Shown here in pieces: positions 56,050 through 64,000 of a DNA stretch of 64,000 bases; position 1 is the stretch's first letter; each line of letters opens with the position of its first letter. The notes beneath the pieces were generated by a model. It did not search any database, was not told the DNA's origin, and was given only the letters and a program-made list of their open reading frames with translations. Both the position numbers and the translations under genes were made by a program. Source of the stretch: a virus; the IMG/VR virus record IMGVR_UViG_3300020457_000004, positions 32,001 to 96,000 of that record. One strand, 5' to 3'.

Positions 56050-58158
56050 TTAAAGCGGTGGTGTCGTTTGATATGTACCAGAAGAAGACCCGCCAGGTAC
56101 AGGTGTGTTATGAGTATGAGTCTGAAGTACGGTGCTACCACCAGTAACCAATCCAGTAACAGTAAGAGTACCAGTAATTCCAGTTGCACCAGTAATGGAT
56201 GTTGCACCCACTATGCTTGTTACACCAGTAATATTTGTAATCGCAGTAATATCAACTATCGGAGTAACCGTCAAGAGTGAAGCATTCGTCATTATCGTAC
56301 TTGATGTTCCAATAGGTATGGCACTTGGTGTTCCAAATGTTGTTGGAAGAGCAGCACCAGTAGTATCAATAATAGTACCAGCACCAGCAATCGCGTTATT
56401 AATAAATCCAGCACCTGTTACGAAATTATTAATAGCACCAACCCCTGTAATGTTATTCTCAATTACACCAGCACCAATCAAGGTATTTTGAATACCACCA
56501 ACTCCACTAGGATTCACAACATAAGTCCTTTTGTTTCCGATAATTTGAGCTGGGAAGGGAACCGAAACTGGGCCAACTCTCTCTACATAGTCAACTCTCG
56601 CGGTTGTGTTAATTCTATCAGAAACTATGGAAACAACACCACCAAGAGGCGAGCCAGGTACTTTCGGTAAATCAGTCGGAGCAGCTGCAATGTCAACTTT
56701 CTGAATTGCCTCTAATTTGATTGAACCACCTTGAACAAGTGCATCTGGAGATGGAGCTGCCCCAGCCGAAGCAGCTTCTAAAGCTGCAGTTGGGTCAAGC
56801 CCTGTTCTAAGCGCGGTAGTAAACCCTATGTCACCTTTGACAATGTGTTTAAAATCATTACCACCCATTATTTTATGTTTACCTTGAACTGTTTCGTTCA
56901 TTTCTCCCAAAACACGCAAACGATAATTACCTATTTTCTTTTGGTCTTTATCAGACTGTCCTACTTGACAATTGAAGTTACCAGCAGTCATTAATAGATA
57001 TGAACTTTGAGTATCAACTAACTCATGTCCTTGTATCTTGTTTAACCTATTACCCATTACAGTATTGTATGAGTGACCACTTATATGTTCGTATTTGTTT
57101 CCCTTGACATTAATATTGTAATCGCCCTCTACCATAAGGTTGAAGTCGCCTCTAACATACATGTATCTGCTTTTTAAATCAATGACATAATCTTCACCAA
57201 CAATTTTTTCTACTTTGGTTCCGTCTGGTTGAATTTCTCTAAATGTTCCAGCAGTATGATATTCGTGTATTCTTTCCGCGTCTGGTGTGTCATCAACCTC
57301 AAAGACATGTCCACTCTCTGTTTCCCTTACATGGTTGTATGGGTACTGAGATTTAGAAATTTCAGAACCTTGTGGGTGGGGTTCCTCCCAGAAAGTTGGT
57401 TCGTATAGGCCTGGAAATACTGGAATGTCTTCACCACCATTATCATGTTCGTATGGTAGTTCTGTATTATTCCACCCAGATATTTTAGTTGCAAATCCTC
57501 GTGGCACACCATCGTCTTTAGCTCCTATTCTCGTTTCTCTTTTTCCCTTTAACGAATAGTGATTTTCTGACATATCACCCCTAGCAAGTCTAGAGGATGA
57601 TGCTTCTCCCAGAACATTCTTACCTACATCAACTTCATCAACACCTTCTGCGAGACCAGTAAGTTTATTGCCTTCCGCGTCTAATATGCCACCAAGTCCA
57701 TCACTAACCATTCCTTTGACTTTATCTGCAAGACTCTCGTCTTCTGATATCTTTAATTCTTTTCTGCGTGGGAATTTTCCATTTGGGTCATAGAATCCTC
57801 TTTCTGCCAATGACTCTGGTGATTCTGGTGTATCTTTATCGTCTATCGTGGGTACATTATCTTCTACACCAAAAGAACCCATGATAACTGGTATTTGACC
57901 ATCTTCACCATCAACAAAGAATCCGATTACAGTTGAACCCTCTACCAATCCAGTAGGTGATGAACCAACACCAGATATCGCTGCTGAGGTAACTGGTTGC
58001 ATAGGAATAGACCAAGGCAAAGACTCTGTAGGTAATATATTCTTATCAAGTGTGTGATAACCTATTATACGAACACGATATCTACCAAACTGTTCTGGGT
58101 CATTTCTGTCTTCTACGACACCCTGCCACCAAGCAAAATTGGGGTATCTATTCATCAT
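56050..58158 (-). CDS. gp5: baseplate hub / tail spike protein without lysozyme domain
   Basis: WW.GVVEDR.DP...GR.RVRI.G.H, LPW, G..V.GFF.DG...Q.P.I.GS (OB fold); YPYNHV.ETESGH..E.DDTP..ERI..YH..GTF.EI; C-terminal LQTHTH. Confidence 0.92.
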   Translation of the reverse strand: MMNRYPNFAWWQGVVEDRNDPEQFGRYRVRIIGYHTLDKNILPTESLPWSIPMQPVTSAAISGVGSSPTGLVEGSTVIGFFVDGEDGQIPVIMGSFGVEDNVPTIDDKDTPESPESLAERGFYDPNGKFPRRKELKISEDESLADKVKGMVSDGLGGILDAEGNKLTGLAEGVDEVDVGKNVLGEASSSRLARGDMSENHYSLKGKRETRIGAKDDGVPRGFATKISGWNNTELPYEHDNGGEDIPVFPGLYEPTFWEEPHPQGSEISKSQYPYNHVRETESGHVFEVDDTPDAERIHEYHTAGTFREIQPDGTKVEKIVGEDYVIDLKSRYMYVRGDFNLMVEGDYNINVKGNKYEHISGHSYNTVMGNRLNKIQGHELVDTQSSYLLMTAGNFNCQVGQSDKDQKKIGNYRLRVLGEMNETVQGKHKIMGGNDFKHIVKGDIGFTTALRTGLDPTAALEAASAGAAPSPDALVQGGSIKLEAIQKVDIAAAPTDLPKVPGSPLGGVVSIVSDRINTTARVDYVERVGPVSVPFPAQIIGNKRTYVVNPSGVGGIQNTLIGAGVIENNITGVGAINNFVTGAGFINNAIAGAGTIIDTTGAALPTTFGTPSAIPIGTSSTIMTNASLLTVTPIVDITAITNITGVTSIVGATSITGATGITGTLTVTGLVTGGSTVLQTHTHNTPVPGGSSSGTYQTTPPL

Positions 58159-59609
58159 GATATATCTCCTACACTATCTCTTACTACTTCTAACTTCATT
58201 TGATGACTATTAGTTGCAACTGATATGTGATGTCTAATAGATGTAACACTATAGATTCCAGATATTCTTTCATCAAACAAATCTTCTGGTTTGGGGTCAC
58301 TACCTTTTTCAGAAGTGTTTGGAAAGTTTAGATATACTAACATACCCAAGTCAAGGTCTGTTCGGCCTGGAACCTCAAAATCAATTTGTAATCTTTGCAA
58401 TTCTGCTAATGCCGTATCTCTATAAGCGGTATCTAATAAAAATCTCCAATCATATCCAAAACTTTGGTCAGTCCACATTTGCGAGGAACCTATTTGCACA
58501 TTTAATGCAGACCTCGGATTTGTCAATGGCACTTCTCTTATTGGACTATTATTTTCTATATGAAAAAAGTCATTGTATCCTGCCCCTATTGTCCTTTTAT
58601 TTTGTTTTACTCTTGTTGGTTGGAGTGGTGTATAATCAAACTCCATGTGATAAGGAATTCTGGTAGTCATATCAAACCCTATTGTCATGTTTCCTTGATA
58701 CCCAGAAAGTTGGTCATCTAAGTCATTTGTAAAATGGGGAATATTTAATCCAGACATTGTATTTTGTTTCTTTGATAAGAAAGGACTAAGATAACTATAA
58801 CCACCTCTTTCTCTTCTTTTTTCAGACAATTGAAATGCATCACTACCTGTGGGAATATAAAAGAATTCATCATATATTGCATTTTGTTCTTTATAAAACG
58901 CAGCCATTTTAGAAAGACTAACTGCATAAGTTCCCTTATCAGATTGAAAATACCTAACATTGGGCATCAACTCTTTACCACCAGCTGCAGTTGGAGCGCA
59001 TTTATTTGAAAGAAAGTTAAGACACTTATATGGAGTCCAATAATTAGAGATGAAACATATATTTTCTTTTTTAAATCCTTGACTTCCACCAACATCCATG
59101 AAGTTGAGGTCGGGCCCATCTCGCGTGCCACCCTTGTTACTAATTACTTTTGGTTCTTTTAAAAACCTAGTGTAAATATCTGTAAATATTTCTTTTGGTG
59201 AACCAGTAAACCTTTCGTTAATAACAACCGTATTGTTTTTATATCCCTCTGGTGTTATACACCGTAATATATAAAATTGTTCCCTATCATCTTTGAATTG
59301 TCTTTCAGAAATAGAATGAACAACAAATGATTGTTCTATACATTGCGATGGATTTGTATCATTTAAATGTCTAGATACAAATTTTACTGTAATAATCTCT
59401 CCACCCATGATAGGCAGATTACCTAATAAATTTCTACTATCACCTATGGACATCTCCATCGTAAAATAGTTAGTAAATATACTTTCTTTAATAACAACAT
59501 CACCAACATAATTTCTTATGTCAATAGTCTGACTTCCCGATTCTGGGGATGTTAAAAGGTCTATAGCATCTATACTTATAGAACCTGCTGTTGGGACTGA
59601 ACTATCCAT
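58155..59609 (-). CDS. baseplate hub / tail protein (gp27-like)
   Basis: I.ESIF, DS.NL...LPI.GGE.I, P...L..L, I.VPG..DL..G..V...P, SG.Y.V..IRH; position between gp53 and gp5. Confidence 0.65.
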   Translation of the reverse strand: MDSSVPTAGSISIDAIDLLTSPESGSQTIDIRNYVGDVVIKESIFTNYFTMEMSIGDSRNLLGNLPIMGGEIITVKFVSRHLNDTNPSQCIEQSFVVHSISERQFKDDREQFYILRCITPEGYKNNTVVINERFTGSPKEIFTDIYTRFLKEPKVISNKGGTRDGPDLNFMDVGGSQGFKKENICFISNYWTPYKCLNFLSNKCAPTAAGGKELMPNVRYFQSDKGTYAVSLSKMAAFYKEQNAIYDEFFYIPTGSDAFQLSEKRRERGGYSYLSPFLSKKQNTMSGLNIPHFTNDLDDQLSGYQGNMTIGFDMTTRIPYHMEFDYTPLQPTRVKQNKRTIGAGYNDFFHIENNSPIREVPLTNPRSALNVQIGSSQMWTDQSFGYDWRFLLDTAYRDTALAELQRLQIDFEVPGRTDLDLGMLVYLNFPNTSEKGSDPKPEDLFDERISGIYSVTSIRHHISVATNSHQMKLEVVRDSVGDIS

Positions 59610-59615
59610 GATGTA

Positions 59616-60128
59616 TTATCTTCCTTTTATCAATCGTTTAAATTGTCCTGCTATTTCTGCAATGAATTCTACTCTTGGTACTTTAATTCTTCTTTTTTCT
59701 TCATTAACTTTTTCTTCATGTTCAATATTACTTACTGCTTTAATAGCACCAGTATTAAACTTAGTTTGGTCAAAGTCAACTCTAATATTTTCATTTGTAC
59801 TATCGACATAATGATGTACTTTTTGTAAGTTAAGTTCACCATACCTTTGTTTTGCAAAGTTGTTTAAATCAATATTAGATTTAGGCCAATCATGGTATGG
59901 GTCTATAACTTGATTACAAAGTAATATGACCCAGTAATAGTCTACAGTATCATATAAGTCATAAGAAAGATGTTCTGGTCTTTGTCCATCTTGAACATCA
60001 TACTCATCCATATAGGTGAGATTATCAAAAATATCTTTTGTTCCCACACGGCGAAACAGGTCTGGAATGTTAACAAGAGTTCCATCTATTACATACGCGG
60101 TTCTAGGAAATTGTCTAAAAAATGCCAT
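59616..60128 (-). CDS. gp53: baseplate wedge component (LysM-like)
   Basis: FF..FP...Y, Y.V.DG.RPE.LS..LY....YYWVILL.N...DPY.DWP, E...NE.KR.I. Confidence 0.93.
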   Translation of the reverse strand: MAFFRQFPRTAYVIDGTLVNIPDLFRRVGTKDIFDNLTYMDEYDVQDGQRPEHLSYDLYDTVDYYWVILLCNQVIDPYHDWPKSNIDLNNFAKQRYGELNLQKVHHYVDSTNENIRVDFDQTKFNTGAIKAVSNIEHEEKVNEEKRRIKVPRVEFIAEIAGQFKRLIKGR

Positions 60129-61453
60129 TATCCATTCTCTCCTGCTGCTTGTGCGGAACTAGTTTCTGTTATTGTTTCTGGTGTTTCTGGTTCTTCTGCT
60201 GGAACCTCACCCGATACACTTGGGCCTAATCCTTGGAAACCACCCATCACATCTTCTTGGTCGGTGAGATCAACAATAGCATCTCTGTGAAGAAGTGTTA
60301 GTTCTTTGAAGTTTAAAGACATAGTAATTTCTGATGGAGCACCTTCTGTTCCTTGGAATGAAGTATAATGTCCACCTTGACCATAGTCTACCACAAAATT
60401 TACCAAAGCAGTATCATTAAAGAAGTTAGTAAAGTAAGCATTTTCTTTGTTTTTATACTGGTAGATTATCTCAAACTCAGCAGGATACTGTAAAAATAAC
60501 TGGTGTTCACTTTTTTCTGGTGTCATATATCTTTCAAATACATTAACTATTTTTAAAGCTTGTAACAATTCATGTCTATTCTTGGGTGCAAATTTAAATG
60601 TAAAAGGAAAATTCCTAAAGTTCATCGTTTTAAACAATGTCTCTGTAAATGGGTTTTGTACTTTACGCGACATTAACTCTATACTGGATTGAAGTGGTAA
60701 GTTTACTCCTAGTTGTTTTGTTATGTTTAATGTACCAGCTGCAGTTCTAAGTAATGCTTGTCCAGCTTCAGTTGAACCATCAGCACTTTTCAACATATCT
60801 GTTACACCTCTAGTTCCACCTTCGGTTACCAATGCACCCATAATAGAACCAAAATCTGTAACATCCCATTGTGCTTGCATTTCATTTTTTGGAGACATTG
60901 GCATAGCCATTCTAATACGAGCAACACATTTTCTGGTAGTTTTAGTTTCTACTAATCCAGCTGCTAATTTACCAGCCTCTCCAGAAAGTAAAACACCAGC
61001 AGCGCCCGCTGCCTTAGTAGTAGCACTCCCAGTTACAACCGCAGCTGCACCAACGCCCGCAACTAAACCAGTTGTTGTATCTTGAACTATTTGATTTGCT
61101 TGGTCATTACTAAGATTACTCATTAAGTCTTCTCCACGGCCCGCATTTCCTAGATGAGTATTGGCAGCTGCTTCTGCATCTGTCTGTCTTATCAAAACAT
61201 TGAACATTATTTGATGGGGGAATTCATCTGTATTATCTAATCCATTTGGGTAAGACAAAGACTGAAATGTAATTTTTTGTTTTGTTGGTTTTTCTTTTTT
61301 GGTGCCTCGTGCTTCTTGAGTGGCACCAGCTGCTGTTGCAACTGCGTCTTCGGTGTTCGTTGGGTCACTTCCTTCTTGTTTACTGCCTCCGCGTGGGATG
61401 CCGCCTGGCAACCAACCACCAAGCTTTTCATCTAACCAATTGTAAACACTCAT
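60128..61453 (-). CDS. gp48: baseplate tail tube cap
   Basis: LSYP, I.M.MP, NP..E.LF....FR.F.F.FKF.PKN..E, L.YP.EF.I, V.Y, G.P.E..M.L.FKE. Confidence 0.85.
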   Translation of the reverse strand: MSVYNWLDEKLGGWLPGGIPRGGSKQEGSDPTNTEDAVATAAGATQEARGTKKEKPTKQKITFQSLSYPNGLDNTDEFPHQIMFNVLIRQTDAEAAANTHLGNAGRGEDLMSNLSNDQANQIVQDTTTGLVAGVGAAAVVTGSATTKAAGAAGVLLSGEAGKLAAGLVETKTTRKCVARIRMAMPMSPKNEMQAQWDVTDFGSIMGALVTEGGTRGVTDMLKSADGSTEAGQALLRTAAGTLNITKQLGVNLPLQSSIELMSRKVQNPFTETLFKTMNFRNFPFTFKFAPKNRHELLQALKIVNVFERYMTPEKSEHQLFLQYPAEFEIIYQYKNKENAYFTNFFNDTALVNFVVDYGQGGHYTSFQGTEGAPSEITMSLNFKELTLLHRDAIVDLTDQEDVMGGFQGLGPSVSGEVPAEEPETPETITETSSAQAAGENG

Positions 61454-61465
61454 GTAAGAACTCCG

Positions 61466-61502
61466 AATAAATAGTAATTATGTTATTAATGGACTATTTA
61501 TA
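61466..61502. promoter_or_regulatory. overlapping face-to-face late promoters for gp4 (+) and gp48 (-)
   Basis: AATAAATA on + at 61466-61473; TATAAATA on - at 61502-61495. Confidence 0.65.
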
Positions 61503-61504
61503 AG

Positions 61505-61945
61505 ATGCCGTACCGAAAAGATATCCACCAAGGAAAATTTATTCCAAAAAACACAAAAAAATATCGTGGAGACATTTCAGAGGTTATTTATAGGTCTGCC
61601 TATGAACTAAAATTTATGAATTGGTGCGACAAGAACCAAGATGTTTTAGAGTGGGCATCTGAACCTATAGCGATACCCTATAGGTCACCAATCGATAGAA
61701 GAATACATCGTTACTTTGTTGACTTTTATTTGAAGACAGTTGGTGGTACATATCTGATAGAAATCAAACCAGAACGGTTTACAAAACCACCAGAACCAAG
61801 AAAGAAAACAAAAAAGTATTTACAAGAGATTGCCCAGTATGGTATCAATGAGTCAAAGTGGAAGTCAGCAAAAGAATTTTGTCTTGATAGAGGATGGGAA
61901 TTTAAAATAATTACTGAAAAAGAATTGGGAATGTATTATAAATAG
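61505..61945 (+). CDS. gp4: head completion nuclease
   Basis: GKF.P.N..KY.GD...V.YRS.YE..FM.WCD, W.SE...IPY.SP.D.R.HRYF.DF, IEIKP, N..KW..A..FC..RGW.F.I.TE. Confidence 0.95.
   Translation: MPYRKDIHQGKFIPKNTKKYRGDISEVIYRSAYELKFMNWCDKNQDVLEWASEPIAIPYRSPIDRRIHRYFVDFYLKTVGGTYLIEIKPERFTKPPEPRKKTKKYLQEIAQYGINESKWKSAKEFCLDRGWEFKIITEKELGMYYK
61937..61944 (+). promoter_or_regulatory. late promoter for gp2
   Basis: TATAAATA-GTCGCT-ATG. Confidence 0.75.
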
Positions 61946-61950
61946 TCGCT

Positions 61951-62520
61951 ATGGCGAATCCATTTCTACAAATAAGACCTAACTCTGACTCTGGAAGAAA
62001 GTCATTTAATTGGTACATGAACCAAGTAAGGCAGATTATGCGTGGCGTATCTACACCTTCAAGTGCCATAGCAAATGACATTGGTAAACCAGTAAGTCAA
62101 TTTGATATAGGTTCAATGTACTTGTTTAGGTATGACGCGAAATGGAAAGATAAACTACCATACTTTGATGCGTTTCCTCTTTGCCTTCCATTTGAACCTA
62201 CAAAAGATGGATTCTGGGGATTGAATTTGCATTATCTACCTTATATGATGAGAGCTCAGTTATTAGGCAAATTAATAGAAACAACAAACGATAGAGCGAT
62301 AGATGATAAAACTACAATGAGATACAACTGGGAACTATTGTCAAACTCTGCACAATTTCCAGAAGTAAAACCATGTGTAAAAAGATATTTAACAAAACAA
62401 ATAAGGTCTAGATTTTTTGAAATCAATCCACAAGATTGGAAAGGTGCTATATTTTTACCAGTAGAAGACTTTAATGTTAGTAAAAACACCGTATTCCAAG
62501 CGTCTAGGAGAATGATTTAA
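61951..62520 (+). CDS. gp2: DNA end protector protein
   Basis: G.MYLF.YD.K.K..LPYFD.FPL, GF.GLNLHYLP...R..LL, KPC.KRYL, W..A..LP.E.F. Confidence 0.93.
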   Translation: MANPFLQIRPNSDSGRKSFNWYMNQVRQIMRGVSTPSSAIANDIGKPVSQFDIGSMYLFRYDAKWKDKLPYFDAFPLCLPFEPTKDGFWGLNLHYLPYMMRAQLLGKLIETTNDRAIDDKTTMRYNWELLSNSAQFPEVKPCVKRYLTKQIRSRFFEINPQDWKGAIFLPVEDFNVSKNTVFQASRRMI

Positions 62521-63152
62521 TGGCATATTTTAAAACAAAAGATTTCATTGCGAAAGTTAGAAAGAATGACCTTGCGAGGTCTAATAGGTTTGAGGTGGTT
62601 ATTAATTCGCCAGGCCGATTTGTAGAGGATAGAGACATATCATTAATGTGTGAAGAGGCACAAATACCAGGCTTACAAATTCAATGGTCGCCAACAAAAA
62701 TATCTCATTGGACAGAACAAAGAGCGCATGGTATAGAATACTTTGGAGACACAGCCGCGTTCACATTTTTCTGTGACGATAATTGGGATGTAAGAACATA
62801 TTTTGAAAACTGGATGACCACTATCGCTGACCCCCTTTCAAAAGAAGTCAGTTTTCCAGACGAACATGTGGGACAGGTAGAAGTATATGCTCTTGACAGA
62901 GAAGATAACATAGTAACAAGATGGAAACTATATGATGCATTTCCAAGACTCATGAACATTCTACCAATGGGTCAAAGTGCTGAAGGTATAGTGAGAGTTA
63001 ATGTGACATTTGCTTTTAGAAGGTGGACTTCTAGAGGTGTTGTAGCGGGTGATGCAGAAAGGTTGTTTGGAATACTCAATTTCCGTAAGAACGGTATTAA
63101 AAACGCTATCAAAAGTAAAATTGCTCATAATATTAATGATTGGATTGATTAA
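62520..63152 (+). CDS. gp54: baseplate tail tube initiator (gp19-like)
   Basis: LARSNRFEV.I, CE.A..PG, F.CD....VR.YFE.W, L.DAFP, V.VTFA.R.W. Confidence 0.8.
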   Translation: MAYFKTKDFIAKVRKNDLARSNRFEVVINSPGRFVEDRDISLMCEEAQIPGLQIQWSPTKISHWTEQRAHGIEYFGDTAAFTFFCDDNWDVRTYFENWMTTIADPLSKEVSFPDEHVGQVEVYALDREDNIVTRWKLYDAFPRLMNILPMGQSAEGIVRVNVTFAFRRWTSRGVVAGDAERLFGILNFRKNGIKNAIKSKIAHNINDWID

Positions 63153-63169
63153 ATTATTGGAGGTTTGTA

Positions 63170-63853
63170 ATGACACTACCAAAGGCGAAATATCCTTTGA
63201 CAGACATTTTTGTCTATTCGTTAGATAAAAAAATTCCGTTTAGACAATTCTTAGTAAAAGAAGAAAGATTATTTGAGAGCCCAGACTCGGACAGACATGT
63301 TCTAATAAAATCAATATCAGATTGTATCACTAGTTGTTCTCTGGGTAAAGTGGATGGAACTACTTTACCTATCTTTGACTTACAGAACATATGGATTCAA
63401 TTATCTAAAATTTCTGAAATAGAAATACCAGACTGGGCATTCATGTGTGGAGACTGTGGAGAGTATAATACACAGTCAATAAATTATGATGACTTTGGAT
63501 TCAAACTAACTGATTATCACACCGACATACTTCCACTAAGAGATGATTTGATAGTAAAAATGAGATATCCTACCGCTGGTGAATTATTTGAATTTGATAA
63601 AGAAAAAATACCGTATTATGATATAGCTGCTACATGTATCGACTCAATTAAAATAAAAGGGGAAAAGGTAGAGAATATATCAGAAGAAGAAAAAATAGAA
63701 TTTATAGAAACTTTGACAAGTTCAGAGTTTGAAATGATAACATTATTTTTTGCATCAATGCCTGTGGTGCAAAATGTAATAGAGTTTGAATGTGGAAAAT
63801 GTGGAACTGAAAATCAGGCAGTAATGAATGGATTTTTCGGTGAATCAGAATAG
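63170..63853 (+). CDS. gp26: baseplate hub assembly protein, gp26 paralog 1 (divergent)
   Basis: M.LPK, FRQFLVKEE, LP.FD...I...L, C..C, MRYP, F.E.L...EF..I..FF..MP, C..CG.EN. Confidence 0.75.
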   Translation: MTLPKAKYPLTDIFVYSLDKKIPFRQFLVKEERLFESPDSDRHVLIKSISDCITSCSLGKVDGTTLPIFDLQNIWIQLSKISEIEIPDWAFMCGDCGEYNTQSINYDDFGFKLTDYHTDILPLRDDLIVKMRYPTAGELFEFDKEKIPYYDIAATCIDSIKIKGEKVENISEEEKIEFIETLTSSEFEMITLFFASMPVVQNVIEFECGKCGTENQAVMNGFFGESE

Positions 63854-63867
63854 GTTTGGAGGATAAT

Positions 63868-64000
63868 ATGGCACTACCACAAACTGAACATCCTCTGATA
63901 GATGTTCATATACACTCTCTTAATAAGAGTGTTAAATTCAGACCTTTCCTAGTAAAAGAAGAAAAATTGCTTGTCTTAGCAAATGAAACTAAAGACCAAG
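63868..64000 (+). CDS. gp26: baseplate hub assembly protein, gp26 paralog 2 (5' part; runs off the window)
   Basis: Read manually: GGAGG SD, MALPQTEHPLIDVHIHSLNKSVKFRPFLVKEEKLLVLANE; canonical RPFLVKEEK.L motif. Confidence 0.8.
   Translation, partial: MALPQTEHPLIDVHIHSLNKSVKFRPFLVKEEKLLVLANETKDQ

Noticed and set aside
55482-56491. Long + strand ORFs (221 aa, 119 aa) opposite gp5 and the following gene
   Set aside because: Antisense shadows of strongly biased coding sequence; no recognisable motifs
1-64000. tRNA genes, alternative genetic code, diversity-generating retroelement
   Set aside because: Intergenic gaps are short with no cloverleaf seen; core genes are intact under code 11 with all three stops used; no reverse transcriptase or TR/VR pair seen

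Overview
A 64 kb segment of an AT-rich T4-like myovirus genome, probably marine with a proteobacterial host (inferred). It holds part of the recombination/late-transcription block (gp46, gp47, gp55, uvsW, uvsY), the head/neck/tail module (gp3, gp13-gp23) and the baseplate module (gp2, gp4, gp5-gp8, gp25, gp26 x2, gp48, gp53, gp54, a 2368-aa VrlC/DUF4815-like protein). It also has many gp55-type late promoters (TATAAATA) and several near-consensus sigma70 promoters. Accessory content: (1) iscU, iscA and a peptide deformylase; (2) a tightly coupled operon between gp55 and gp47 (denV-like, DUF4338/DruA-like, glutaredoxin, PD-(D/E)XK nuclease, cytidylyltransferase, cupin, T4 beta-glucosyltransferase-like enzyme), a candidate new DNA-modification pathway; (3) an ~8 kb glycan-synthesis island among fibre genes, with five glycosyltransferase domains, two oxygenase-like proteins, a methyltransferase-fold protein and a GT fused to a Cys-less radical-SAM/SPASM module, a candidate virion-glycosylation system; (4) a possible ~45-nt antisense RNA divergent from gp55. 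No tRNA, rRNA, CRISPR array or transposon was recognised. All family calls come from motifs recognised by eye, not from database searches.
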